Source: Ginkgo biloba (Eukaryota > Plantae > Ginkgophyta). Taken from it: a stretch of DNA of 16,933 nucleotides. Location of the stretch: NCBI GenBank assembly GCA_024626585.2, contig JANKJI020000004.1:89692279-89709211 (forward strand). Direction: 5' to 3'. Shown piece by piece: positions 1-11,360 of the stretch. The notes under the pieces were generated by a model, which did no database searches, was not told the origin of the DNA, and worked only from the letters and a program-made list of their open reading frames with translations. Positions within the stretch are counted from its first letter, which is position 1. Every line of letters starts with the position of its first letter. A program made the position numbers and the translations under genes.

Positions 1-18
1 GAGAGAAAAATAGACAAG

Positions 19-243
19 ATGCAAATGGATTTCAAGAAAGAGAAGAAGGAGAGAAAACAAGCATTTGGAGAGATATTGGCTCTCATGCAACAAATGCAAA
101 CTCAAATTTTAGCTTTGAGTGTAGCAAGGGATATAACTACTCCTTTGGTAGAGGACTCAAACCCTACTCCTTTCAATTTTAGTTTTCCTTCACAAAATGT
201 TGTTCCACCTCATACAGATTCTTCATCAACACAAATCCCATAA
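19..243 (+). mobile_element. Possible decayed retrotransposon gag N-terminal fragment
   Basis: Short ORF with a charged, coiled-coil-like start followed by a P/S/T-rich stretch. Composition only; no diagnostic motif. Confidence 0.2.
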
Positions 244-2183
244 CATAGATTTCTCTTAATAAAATTCAAAATTATAAATGATTCACAATTACAACCATTC
301 ATTTTCACAAAAAACACACCAATAGATAGCATGGCATCGTATTAGGGCAACACACAAGATTAAATGAATGGAGGTTGCCTCGCACTCGTTGTACCCAATC
401 CTTGCCTTTTCGATGCTTGTCCCGAATGTGATCCTTCTAACTGAACTCCAAGACACAAAGCGGATGTGAGAAATCTGACGAGCAAAATTTGAAGACAAAA
501 TAGACCGGAGATGGCAAGATATTAGCGAGAGCTACCCTATAGATGGAAGGCTCTATACCAAAAATTATAAAAAAAATCCATGGTATGGCTTAAGATGAAG
601 GAAGAAAATACAATGTGGAAGAGGATTGGCAAACTATGTTGAAAGAGGTGGATGAAAATGATTTCTCTTACAAATCGAACAACATAACAATACTTTCCAA
701 CCCCCCGTAACTCAAAATTCAGTCGAATATATAGGCAAGAAAGGTGGTTAATGCTTAAACTCCACCAATTGAGAGTTTGCCACCTTGCGGTGAGATCCAA
801 TCGAATTGAAGTGGTTTGATCAGTTAAGAGTGGCCCTCAATTAGTTGGATACGGGACTAATTTCTCAGAATTTAATTTATTTTTATTTTTTGTAGAGAAT
901 GAAATCCATTGCTTATTAGCACGCGGTTAAGGACCTGCGCAACAAGTGATTAGCAAACCTATTTTATTAATTTGTGGGTAAAGAATTACATGACGGGGGC
1001 AATATAGCNNNNNNNNNNNNNNNNNNNNNNNNNNNNNNNNNNNNNNNNNNNNNNNNNNNNNNNNNNNNNNNNNNNNNNNNNNNNNNNNNNNNNNNNNNNN
1101 NNNNNNNNNNNNNNNNNNNNNNNNNNNNNNNNNNNNNNNNNNNNNNNNNNNNNNNNNNNNNNNNNNNNNNNNNNNNNNNNNNNNNNNNNNNNNNNNNNNN
1201 NNNNNNNNNNNNNNNNNNNNNNNNNNNNNNNNNNNNNNNNNNNNNNNNNNNNNNNNNNNNNNNNNNNNNNNNNNNNNNNNNNNNNNNNNNNNNNNNNNNN
1301 NNNNNNNNNNNNNNNNNNNNNNNNNNNNNNNNNNNNNNNNNNNNNNNNNNNNNNNNNNNNNNNNNNNNNNNNNNNNNNNNNNNNNNNNNNNNNNNNNNNN
1401 NNNNNNNNNNNNNNNNNNNNNNNNNNNNNNNNNNNNNNNNNNNNNNNNNNNNNNNNNNNNNNNNNNNNNNNNNNNNNNNNNNNNNNNNNNNNNNNNNNNN
1501 NNNNNNNNNNNNNNNNNNNNNNNNNNNNNNNNNNNNNNNNNNNNNNNNNNNNNNNNNNNNNNNNNNNNNNNNNNNNNNNNNNNNNNNNNNNNNNNNNNNN
1601 NNNNNNNNNNNNNNNTTATTATAACCAACATTTATAAAAGAAAGGTTAAAATTATGAAGCCTTAGGAGACATCCAGTCTGGAAGATGACCACAGGACAAA
1701 GTATCATTCCTGTACACGCACAGACCACCTAAAGCCATAAACATTTGTACAAAAATAATTAAATGACATTTAAAATCTGCCAAGGATCCATAACATGCAT
1801 AGAACGAAAATGCATAATCAACTCCTCTTCCTGGAGCAGAAATGCTTTCCCCACCTTATGGTGAACTGGGGAGACCGGGCATTTGACAGGAAACATTTTC
1901 AAAATTGAAAAAAACAATGAAAGGTATAAAACAAGTATCTGGTTGCACCCATATTTGCTACCATGCAATAAATGTAATCAGAAGCATCCAACCTGATGAA
2001 TAAAGTAAATCCTTTGGACCCCAATAGAATTGTTCTGTACTACATATAGTAGAATTTATCACAGGTTTCTGAGATCTTTACTGAACTCTAATGCCAGAAT
2101 GGCATTAAACATGTTAATTGCATAGTAAGCTGAAATATTAAAGCAAAAACTGAAACACATCTTCTTATCATTAGACTTCTGTG

Positions 2184-2291
2184 TCAATAAGATGAGACTC
2201 GTTCCATTGGAAATCGTTTTTCGACTCTACCTACTCTTTCTGGAGGCCAGATAATATGAGTAACCCTGCCCTGCACTAGACCCAGTGGAAT
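2184..2291 (-). CDS. IMP2: IMP2 coding exon 3 (C-terminus and TGA); too short for the ORF track
   Basis: Acceptor gcttttgcag|ATT CCA CTG; encodes IPLGLVQGRVTHIIWPPERVGRVEKRFPMERVSSY, then TGA at 2186-2184. Confidence 0.92.
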   Translation of the reverse strand: MPLGLVQGRVTHIIWPPERVGRVEKRFPMERVSSY

Positions 2292-3043
2292 CTGCAAAAG
2301 CAACCATCATGGATCAAAATCGAATTAAAACGGCTAAAGTGCAGATTATGAATGCTGTAAGTGCTCTGTTTTCAGGGAAAAAGGNNNNNNNNNNNNNNNN
2401 NNNNNNNATGAAAAGAAACAAAGTATTGCATCAACACTTGGTCAATCAGAAATGCTATGATCCTACTCACCGGCCCAAATGATCTCGAGTCAAAGCTTGG
2501 AATTGCATTGTCACCTTCGACCCAGCAGTGACCCTCGGGAATTTTCACAATCTCATATGTCCCAGGAACGCTTACCCAGTCACCCTGCAAGGCTATCAAC
2601 CTCTTCACAAGCCACTCGTTGCGCTCATATGGAGATCTGCTAAAATGTTGAAAATGTCAATTCCCGTGCAATTAGGCTGCAATAGTACAGCTCTGAAATG
2701 AAAGGGACTACAAAATGCAAAACGAGCTTGATGTGTTTTTTACTCATAAATAATCAACTCACTGCAACAGTGACTACTGCCTTAAGAACAATGAGAAATG
2801 TTACCTGAATACTACTACATCACCACGTGAAAATCTGTAATTCTGTAAGCAGAACTTCTCCAACAAAACAAAGTCCCCTCTGAATGATCCAAATCGATTT
2901 TTAGTGCCTGGATTCAATGTGGGTTGCATGGAAAGTCCCTGAATTGCAACAATGCTTGCATATCTGTCTGACACTGTGAGTCCGATTAGTGCCCCAGTCA
3001 GTGATTTCTTTGAGAGCATCCACAAAAAATCCCATGCTCCCAT
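2184..3043 (-). CDS. IMP2: Mitochondrial inner membrane protease subunit 2 (IMP2/IMMP2L-like, peptidase S26); 3 coding exons, complement(join(2184..2291,2471..2636,2805..3043)), 513 nt, 170 aa
   Basis: Spliced translation: MGAWDFLWMLSKKSLTGALIGLTVSDRYASIVAIQGLSMQPTLNP...FVLLEKFCLQNYRFSRGDVVVFRSPYERNEWLVKRLIALQGDW...KIPEGHCWVEGDNAIPSFDSRSFGPIPLGLVQGRVTHIIWPPERVGRVEKRFPMERVSSY*. It has the S26 motifs GxSMxPTL (Ser38), KR (Lys91) and EGDN..S.DSR.FGP. The N-terminus (GLTVSDRYASIV) and WPP C-terminus match plant IMP2. Both introns are GT-AG and keep the frame. Confidence 0.95.
2471..2636 (-). CDS. IMP2: IMP2 coding exon 2 (catalytic Lys91, EGDN/DSR motifs)
   Basis: Acceptor cattttagcag|ATCTCCA; encodes (R)SPYERNEWLVKRLIALQGDW...FDSRSFGP; donor CCG|GTGAGT (intron 2470-2292, phase 0, contains a 23-N gap). 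Confidence 0.93.
2805..3043 (-). CDS. IMP2: IMP2 coding exon 1 (Met1 to first 2 nt of Arg80; catalytic Ser38)
   Basis: ATG at 3043 in strong context (AATATGG) with an in-frame TGA upstream. Ends at donor TTCAG|GTAACA (intron 2804-2637, 168 nt, phase 2). Confidence 0.93.
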
Positions 3044-3111
3044 ATTACTGGTCCCTAACAGAATCTCATTTCAGTGACCTCTTATCTGCACAAACCATAA
3101 ATCACTGTTAG
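3044..3111 (-). promoter_or_regulatory. IMP2 5'UTR segment (3085-3044) preceded by the branch point and 3' acceptor of a 5'UTR intron; contains uORF MRFC* (3069-3055)
   Basis: Minus strand reads cCTAACagtgatttatggtttgTGCAG|ATAAGAGGTCACTGAA-ATG AGA TTC TGT TAG-GGACCAGTAAT-ATG. The CTAAC branch consensus lies about 22 nt before TGCAG. Confidence 0.6.
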
Positions 3112-4319
3112 GATATATGCAGACAATCTATTCACAAGTTCAAAGAGCTGAACCCTTTTANNNNNNNNNNNNNNNNNNNNNNNNNNNNNNNNNNNNNNNN
3201 NNNNNNNNNNNNNNNNNNNNNNNNNNNNNNNNNNNNNNNNNNNNNNNNNNNNNNNNNNNNTCACCCTCTCATCCATTGTTATTTTAGTTCATTTTCTATC
3301 CATTGCATCTTCATTCTATCATTCCCGTATCCATATTATATTTTTATTGTTGTGTTCCCACCCACATTTTATGTTTTCTTTATTGCGTCTATCTTGTGTT
3401 ACCCCCATCCATTCTACACCTTTATATAACATTGAATTATAGGTTTATATTCTAACATACATGTATTTAATATTATGCAGTAGCTCCTAAGGCCTAACAA
3501 TGGAGGAATTTATACTTTCTTTATTACAAGAATATGTAAGTTTTGCCATAAAATTAGATGGCAAACACATAAGCAACATAATCTTCAGCACCTTCAATTC
3601 CAAGTAAAAATACTTCACCCCATAACAAACTGCACGTTGTAAACTGCAAAATCTGTTTTCTGACATGTTGCCTTTGTAAAGCTTCTTTGGAATTTTGAGG
3701 ATGGGAAGGTAAATGAAAAGATCCTAATGTAAACAAGCATGAGATTCAACCTTGTTGGTATTAGAAAGCTCTAAAGTGTGATCAATATGGAAAGTTTAAA
3801 GCATTAAATATGCAATTTCAATTATTTCCTACGCTCGTTTATTTATAGCTTTGTTAGATTGATAAATGACATTATTATCAACACAACAGCTAGAAATCAT
3901 CAGAGCTGAAAATACAAACTTCGAAGTCCTTGTCTCTATCTAGCATAAGACTATCCAGTATCTAAATAAATCATTCCCATGCATAATACCTTAATATCTC
4001 CAATCACCTCCACCCTTTCTGCCATTGCTACTTCTGCAGATTCAAATGGAAAGCTAGACATACTACTTCCATTTTATTCCATTAGGCATAATACTCGAAA
4101 CAAGATAGAGGCCCCTTTTCTATCACTCATTAACTGAGGGGAATTTCAATATAGTGTACTTCTTTGCCTGCAGCCATTCTATCCTCTTTGCTTGCTTCAT
4201 TGGGTTCACACAGTACTTCAGCATTAAGACTGAGCTGAAGGTTGGAACTAATGTTAATCAATGCCATTCTTACTGAACTCTGCATTTGCCATTAAATAGT
4301 GATCCTGTATCTCCTAAAT

Positions 4320-5560
4320 AGAACCCCAGCTACCNNNNNNNNNNNNNNNNNNNNNNNTTTTTTCATTGGCTTAATTGTGTAACAATAGTCAGCTTATGAT
4401 GCCAAGTATCTCAAATAGATTCTTGGCATACATTCCATACTTATCTTGAGCTTTAGTAGTCATTGTGCTTTGATATCCCTTTGGTGTTTCCTTCTTTGCT
4501 ATACCAAGGATCTGCATCAGATCACAGCAGATCCTGAGTTTAACTTTCCAAGTGGGGGATTCCCAAGATATGGCTTTTTTTACCCCACCAAAAGCTCTTT
4601 GATACATTTTGCTTCCCATTCATCAAGTAATTTGGGGGAATCCACTGTGGTTACATCTTCAGTACTGGGTTAATCTCAGTTGTGCATGTATAGTTAATCA
4701 TGGTCAGCACACTCATTCTTACTGTAGTGACCATCCAAAACCAAAACAATATTAGTAACTATTCTTTAAGAGATTTCATTCCCTTTGCAACGTGGAACTT
4801 ATTTCCTTTCACAGTCCCAAGTTCCATGTCAGCAATACCAGCAGCAAATTGATGAGTTCTGATGATCCATTTATACCTGCCTCTGTGTGTATGCTGAATG
4901 CCGGGTCACTCCAAAAACACTATGAGACATTTGGGCAGAACTCAACTGGATTATATGCATTCTGCACAATAATCTCAACTTCTACCCATCTATGTTTCCT
5001 ACTCACCACCGTTCACTCTCCAGGTTGCAAACACACTACATGGAGACCACTTCTTTGCATTCAACAATAGGGATCTCTATTGATTGCATTACATTCTCCT
5101 TAGATGCCTCTACTCTATATTTCTTGACAAGGAGTTGACAAAGCTATTAGGGACAAACTCTACTAAGCATATCTTCAGGTCATATGGACCCATCCTATCA
5201 TAACTCTCTTCCTAGTTGTTCTACTTTGGACATTTCCTCTGACATCATGAACAGTAATATTGACTTTCTTACACATCACATGTCACATGGCCTGCGATTC
5301 CCCATGGGACAATCATTTGATCTCATTAGCTTCCAGGAGAGGTTGAATATTTCCTTGGCAGATACGTTCACATATGCCCCCTATACGTAAAGGACAAGAC
5401 ACAGGAGACTTTTATAATTCCTTGCAAAGTTTAAAATGAGATTAGAAACAATACCACTACTTATTAAAGAACTCAAGAAGCTCTCTTTGAGCAGTGCATG
5501 AACTCTTTCTCAGCAAATTTTCCCACTTTAGGAGGCACTTATTTAGCTACCTTCTGGCAG
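4320..5560 (-). mobile_element. Possible very degenerate LINE ORF2 3' remnant (zf-RVT to RNase H-like region)
   Basis: Scattered minus-strand peptide echoes in the expected order: VPPKVGKFA (~5540), LCKEL*KS (~5430), ISWESPTWKVKL (~4570), VAGVLFR (~4330). Many stops, and the spacing is longer than expected. Confidence 0.25.
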
Positions 5561-5820
5561 AAGCATCAATCAAGCATGCATACTCAAAGGGTAAGTAGAT
5601 ACTGTTCAGCAAATCAGATCGCTAGACAACACCTCTTCNNNNNNNNNNNNNNNNNNNNNNNNNNNNNNNNNNNNNNNNNNNNNNNNNNNNNNNNNNNNNN
5701 NNNNNNNNNNNNNNNNNNNNNNNNNNNNNNNNNNNNNNATTCTGGAATGGTCATAGGATGTTCTCTGTTGAATTACATGCAAAAGTAGTTCCAAATGATC
5801 ACACAAAGATACCCTTTGAT

Positions 5821-6018
5821 AAATAGAAGAAGGTGTTTTTAGACGTACCAACTGGACTAACCTTACACTGCAACATGTAGCACATAGTAGAATTAGAAGC
5901 ATAACAAGCCCAACCAACATCCAACCATATAGATATCCACATCACCATAAAAAAGAGATAGAAATATTAGCCTTGGAATTATTAGATATAGGAGTTAGTT
6001 ATACACCAAGCGTAAGTC
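5821..6018 (+). mobile_element. Ty3/gypsy (chromovirus-like) pol fragment, start of reverse transcriptase; pseudogenised
   Basis: Translates as K*KKVFLDVPTGLTLHCNM*HIVELE, frameshift, then PTNIQPYRYPHHHKKEIEILALELLDIGVSYTPSVS. This matches the gypsy pattern VF..P.GLPP.R..H.IEL...P.NxxPYRYP..K.EIE....ELL..G.I.PS.SP. It is cut by the gap at 6019. Confidence 0.8.
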
Positions 6019-6029
6019 NNNNNNNNNNA

Positions 6030-6607
6030 TCCTAGTATAGAATGATCCAGAACCCAAAATGTGTATAGCAGAGGCGAATTGAAATCAACAATAATAACAT
6101 TCATAGGCGACAGTCATATATAAAAGATTACTTATATTAATGAAAGAAAAGAACTACTCTGCTAAGCTTTACAAAAAGTTAATAGGTAGAATTATAGTCC
6201 ACAAATTATAGAGCTTTATATCCCTTAAAATAGGATTGAAAATCAGATNNNNNNNNNNNNNNNGGGTCAACTTACACTTTGCAGATGGAATCACAAGCTT
6301 TCTCTTGGAAATGAAAGAAAGAATAATCACAAAGCTCTAAGAACTAAACTCTGGTAATAAACTGTTGAACTACCAAACAACAAATGAATAACCACTAATC
6401 CAATCCCCCCTACTTCTAAGCTCTAGCAAGCTTTTATCGTCTTTCACCATTATAAGTATAATTGTCAAGGTGGTTACAAAATTGTTTGTTTCAACTTCTA
6501 AATCGAAATTGGATGATGTGGACACTTGGCACATGGCAAGAGTGATCATGTGGCAACTAAGATGGCCTATTAGAGGCTCAAAGTCACTCCCTCGCATTAC
6601 TACAACA
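6030..6607 (-). repeat. Possible LTR-like non-coding repeat fragment
   Basis: Non-coding; the right end ...CTACAACA reads TGTTGTAG on the minus strand, like an LTR terminus. No partner LTR, PBS or TSD found. Confidence 0.25.
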
Positions 6608-6824
6608 TATTGCACTTTTTTTTACACGCTTTGTAGGTTGGTAGAGTGCTACACCTGGCACTGTGTCGAGACCTTTTGCATATTCATTAGTGTGGAATTT
6701 TGATAAGTTCTTGCAACCTAGACAAATTCCTCCAACAACCATTTTCCTTAGCAAAAATCATAAGAATTCAAGATTTCAAAGTGCAAATTGGTCTTTCAGC
6801 AATACCAGGCAATGGTGCTTGAAC

Positions 6825-6898
6825 TCCTACTAGGGGCATTGCCCTAAAGTCCTACTAGGGGTGTTGCCCTCAAGACCCTGCTAAGGGGACCCTAGAAC
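6825..6898. repeat. Short GC-rich tandem repeat, ~25-26 bp unit, ~3 degenerate copies with internal dyad
   Basis: TCCTACTAGGGGCATTGCCCTAAAG / TCCTACTAGGGGTGTTGCCCTCAAGA / CCCTGCTAAGGGGACCCTAGAAC. Confidence 0.7.
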
Positions 6899-7151
6899 AC
6901 CATTAGAAACTCTAGTCCTAGACACAATAGTCAAACGAGGCTAATTTTTAGACCAATGTTGTGGCTTTTTCATAAAATTATCGACTTTTTGCCACTGTGA
7001 AATTAATGTCAATAATTTTCTTTCGTCAAATCCGGCCTAAATAAGATCCCCNNNNNNNNNNNNNNNNNNNNNNNNNNNNNNNNNNNNNNNNNNNNNNNNN
7101 NNNNNNNNNNNNNNNNNNNNNNNNNNNNNNNNNNNNNNNNNNNNNNNNNNN

Positions 7152-7570
7152 ATCAACCCTTAAAAAATATAAATATTGGATATAGGACTTGATTGAATCC
7201 TTTGAAGCATTCAACATCACTCACATTCCTACAAAAAAAATATAGTCACAAATTTTCTAGCTACCTCAGCTACCAATTTTCTTCCCTTAGGTTAGACCCA
7301 ATGGGAGAAGCTCTTTGTGGAGATAGTCCCCTATCCCTCAATCTTAGATAGTGTAGAAAACTTTTAGGTTTTCTCAGATGAGCGATAGATCTTATAGTTC
7401 TTGATAAATTTTGATGTATTCCAAGCACAAGTCATAGACAAAGAGGATAAGGAATTCGCCGTGAAAGAAGTGAAGGTTGATGGAAATCTATTAAGAAGTG
7501 GAGAGATCGTGAAGTTGAAATAAAATAAGATCCTAAAAGGAATGGTCTTGGTAAAAATATTTTTTTATCT
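7152..7570 (+). mobile_element. Ty3/gypsy (Tat/Ogre-like) pol fragment, end of RNase H-like domain and following linker; pseudogenised
   Basis: TLKKYKYWI*DLIESFEAFNITHIP ... VEIVPYPSILDSVENF*VFSDER*IL*FLINFDVFQAQVID ... EIVKLK*NKILKGMV. This resembles the WDLIESFxAFNI..IPR / RPSIPDN..FQVF.DD.QI..FL / QLKxNKIPKG pattern I recognise from plant non-chromovirus gypsy pol. Confidence 0.72.
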
Positions 7571-8915
7571 AGATATCCCACCTGAAAAACATAAGGGTCA
7601 GAGTCCTAACATTTAGGAGACAAACACCATTATACATGTTATCTTATACATTGCCTTACGCTTATAGACATGTGGTCAAACACTTAATGTTGTACAGTCT
7701 TGGATAAATGCTCTTGTTGCCAAACATTTGCATCCTCAAGTATCATTGTATGTGGTTATTGGCAAACACCAATTGTGTTACATTTCATCTATATCTCTTT
7801 ATTGTTATACATCATTTCTATATACGACATTATACATTGTAAAGCCTTCAAGCTATTTTAGTTTTATTTTATTGAAACTTGGACATACTTAGGTAGATCT
7901 ATGCAAATGATGCTTTGCACATTTCCCATTGATGCCTTATAATATGCTAGTTTTCACTTGTTCCATCCACTGCTTGGAATCATTTATGTACATTGATGTA
8001 ATCCCTCTATTCCTAACTTTTCCTAAGATGACCACATCTAATAGAATTAAACTCCTCGTTCACAATTGTAGTTTACAAAGATGAAATGGCTAAAAAAGAA
8101 GTGCAACAATTACCCATTACTTAACCGAAGGTGTAGGTCATGTGACCCTTTCCTATTATGCTATTAAATTAATCCACCCCTTGTACTAAATTCTACCACA
8201 ATTATATATCATATGCGACTAATATTAGCCTTTATGTCTCCACTTATAACAACCTATGGTTGTATCATGGACATACTTAACTCTATTTTGCCAAAAACAA
8301 TGTCACATCTACGTGCTTTCACCCTTGGGTTTTCTTCAAACAATATGGTTTATTTTAAATTAAGCATATTTTTAAAATTATAATGCAACTACTGTAGATA
8401 TATATAGTTGATTTGATATATTATTATGCTATGTTAAATAATTATCACATGAAAAATTTTGAAAATATTTAATTTATATAATTGAAATTTATTTNNNNNN
8501 NNNNNNNNNNNNNNNNNNNNNNNNNNNNNNNNNNNNNNNNNNNNNNNNNNNNNNNNNNNNNNNNNNNNNNNNNNNNNNNNNNNNNNNNNNNNNNGTAAGT
8601 CTTAAGTCTTTTGAAAGATTTCATGATATTGAGTTATTTGTGATTAAATGTAAGATAAATGGACATTATGTTGCCCTTCTTATTGATAATGGATGAACTC
8701 ATAATTTTGTTTCCGAGTATTTTGCAAAAAGGGTCAACATGAGAACTTAGGAAGCTCCATACACTTACAAGTTGGAATTCGTTGATTCATTAGTTTAGTA
8801 GTATGAGTATCACCTAGATATTGACATCATGAAGAGTTGTTGAAACAAGCGATCTTTCCTAAATATCCATCCAATTACCACACTGCTATGTGTTCATTGT
8901 GTGATTGCTCTCACT

Positions 8916-8929
8916 AGAGAGAGAGAGAG
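8916..8929. repeat. (AG)7 microsatellite
   Basis: AGAGAGAGAGAGAG read directly. Confidence 0.8.
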
Positions 8930-9873
8930 GTCTTGTAACATAGATTTGTTCCCTAGAAATACGTGGTTGAAACAACTTGGAGCAAATGCCCTAGCAGTCA
9001 ACAATGTTAACGCAAGTATACATATTATTATAGCATCCTTAGAAGACCAAACAATTCTCCAATGCATCCTTTGTATTAACAACCACACACATAGGCATCA
9101 ATGCTAGGATATGATAAGGGTTGTTATTTCTAAAGACTTATGGCATAGCAAGTATTAGGCCTTGGAGACTTTCCCATGAATAACATGTATGTTTGCTGAC
9201 ACAAACCTTGGAATCCCCTTGTTGCATCTAGTTAATTTTTATACCAATGCTAGCATCCATGTTGATGTAAGGTAGTATTTACTATTGTAGATGTGTAGGA
9301 ATGTGAAGAACACAATCAATATATAATAGAATACAAAGACATCCGGTACATTGAATTACCACAACACTACCATCAATTTAGGTAAATGACCATCAAATCA
9401 AAAAGTAGGTGGATTTTAATGCTAGACATAAAATAACCTTTGCTAATATAGACAAATTGATCATATATGCTTGTCGTAAGACCCTTGCACACAAGTAAAG
9501 TCTATAACACGAGACACTTACTCACATAGCCAAGTCTTTAAGTAAATTATACCCCTTGATCACCCTAAATGAGTTCTTAAGCATATCATAACTCTTGATC
9601 ACACATTTGGGATCACGCAAGCCCACTAAATCACAACACTAGAGTGTGCTTATATTCAAACAAAAACGCATAGAAGTATGTAGTCACAACTTAGCTTCCT
9701 AGCATACACACAGTTGTCGCTTCAAACATATGAACTATGACATCAGAACCCTGCAATAGTTATTTCAGCCTTCNNNNNNNNNNNNNNNNNNNNNNNNNNN
9801 NNNNNNNNNNNNNNNNNNNNNNNNNNNNNNNNNNNNNNNNNNNNNNNNNNNNNNNNNNNNNNNNNNNNNNNNN

Positions 9874-10049
9874 AGAGACACCTTTGAGGACACCTTCGAA
9901 AGATTAGAATGCACCTTGCAGAACTGTGCGCAGGCACGACTATATTTAAGCAATGAAAGTGCAAAATGCTACTTACAAGAGGTATTGTATTAGGACAATT
10001 GATGTTTGAAGATGGAAGTGTAGTTGATCTAGACAAAATTGTTGTCATG
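9874..10049 (+). mobile_element. Ty3/gypsy (Athila-like) reverse transcriptase C-terminal fragment; pseudogenised
   Basis: RDTFEDTFERLECTLQNCAQARLYLSNE, frameshift, KCKMLLTRGIVLGQLMFEDGSVVDLDKIVVM. This matches the post-YxDD pattern GDSF...L..VL.RC....L.L..EKC.....GIVLGH.IS..GI.VD..KI.VI. It begins right after the gap. Confidence 0.8.
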
Positions 10050-10793
10050 GAAGGGGATGCTCGAGAAGCTTCCTGTAGAACAACTCTAGATCGACCTTTC
10101 TGCATTTGATGANNNNNNNNNNNNNNNNNNNNNNCCTTCTACATCTAGCCTTTGCTCCCACAATCGAAGCTCTAATTTGAGCTACTTTTGATGATTCTTC
10201 TGGAGGGTGAATTCCCTCCAGCTTTCTTGTCATATCTCAACCTTGCTCAATAACAATGATGGTCGTCCTACCACCACCTACGATGGGTTCAACTACACCT
10301 TTGACTCAATCATATAGCAACTCTGTTTTGGGAAATTTTTCCTATTACAAACCTACCAACTTGGNNNNNNNNNNNNNNNNNNNNNNNNNNNNNNNNNNNN
10401 NNNNNNNNNNNNNNNNNNGCAAAGCATTTTTGTCCTCAAAATAGAATCGACTTCCATCTTATTGAAACATGTCTATTATCGTTATAGAGAAAAGCCAACG
10501 CAACAAGGACGGTAGTAGGAATAATTTTGCTAAAGTAAACAAAGAAAAATTAAGGGCAAACGAAGGTATAAACCATCACCCTAAACATTTTTCCTCTCTT
10601 ATTCTAAAATTTCTATGCTAGATGAATGGTTGAGCTCTACTTCCAACACCTTAATTTGTTGGTTCCACAACATGTGGACAAACTACACACAATTGGAAAC
10701 TTGATCTAGGAAAGCTTGATGTGGACACCTAAAAGGCAAATGGTCTTTTAAACTCAAGGAAAAGGGATTGCCTAACATTAGATTTGAATTCCC

Positions 10794-11119
10794 TGTTTAT
10801 TGGGAAAATAGCTCACAATAAAATAGCCAATCTAGGGGGTTGGTGATAGTTTCCTAGAATGGAATGGCAATCTTGTTGCTCTCACCAACAGGACTGCATT
10901 CCGAGTTTTGGGGTGTAGGTCGCCAACCATAGGGATGGAGCCAACTAGATGCATTCATGAGAACCATAACAATAAATAGTGCCATTCACACAAGTGTACA
11001 GAGTTGAATATTCTGTGAAAGAAAGACATTGTTGCTATATGAAGTAGAGTTTACAAACAGATATGCAATGAAATGACTAATTGCTAATATGATGGATGCT
11101 CTTCATGCCATAATGGTTA
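10794..11119 (-). mobile_element. LTR-like repeat, copy A (terminal portion, inverted relative to copy B, truncated by the gap at 11120)
   Basis: Reverse-complement match to 11782-12125, beginning exactly at TGTTTATTGGGAAAA. Hand count gives 83/99 identities for 10914-11012 vs 12003-11905. Confidence 0.7.
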
Positions 11120-11360
11120 NNNNNNNNNNNNNNNNNNNNNNNNNNNNNNNNNNNNNNNNNNNNNNNNNNNNNNNNNNNNNNNNNNNNNNNNNNNNNNNNN
11201 NNNNNNNNNNNNNNNNNNNAACAAAGTTTCAATATGCAAATTCAAACCATTTATTCCCAAAAGTGAGAGGAAGTGAAGAAAATTTTCAAGGGGGTAAGGG
11301 GGAGACTAAATTTTGAAATTTTTGATGAACAAGGACGTTCAAAGCTTGTGCTCGGCAAGA

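Noticed and set aside
932-943. 12-mer GACCTGCGCAAC also present at ~12306
   Set aside because: Several 12-mer matches are expected by chance in 17 kb, and the flanks do not align.
927-1728. Three long ORFs (216-253 aa) in the ORF track
   Set aside because: They are almost entirely X from the ~607-N gap.
2372-2608. ORF 'MKRLIALQGDW...' as a separate gene
   Set aside because: It is IMP2 exon 2 read through into intron 2; its start is a GTG Val codon.
6276-6303. Candidate 28-nt minus-strand 5'UTR micro-exon (ttctttctttcatttccaag|...|GTAAGT)
   Set aside because: It has an AAG acceptor, lies in probable LTR-derived sequence, and such signals arise often by chance. It needs transcript evidence.
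10200-10221. Hairpin CTGGAGGG-TGAATT-CCCTCCAG
   Set aside because: An 8-bp stem is expected about once by chance in a window this size, and there is no Helitron CTRR end nearby.
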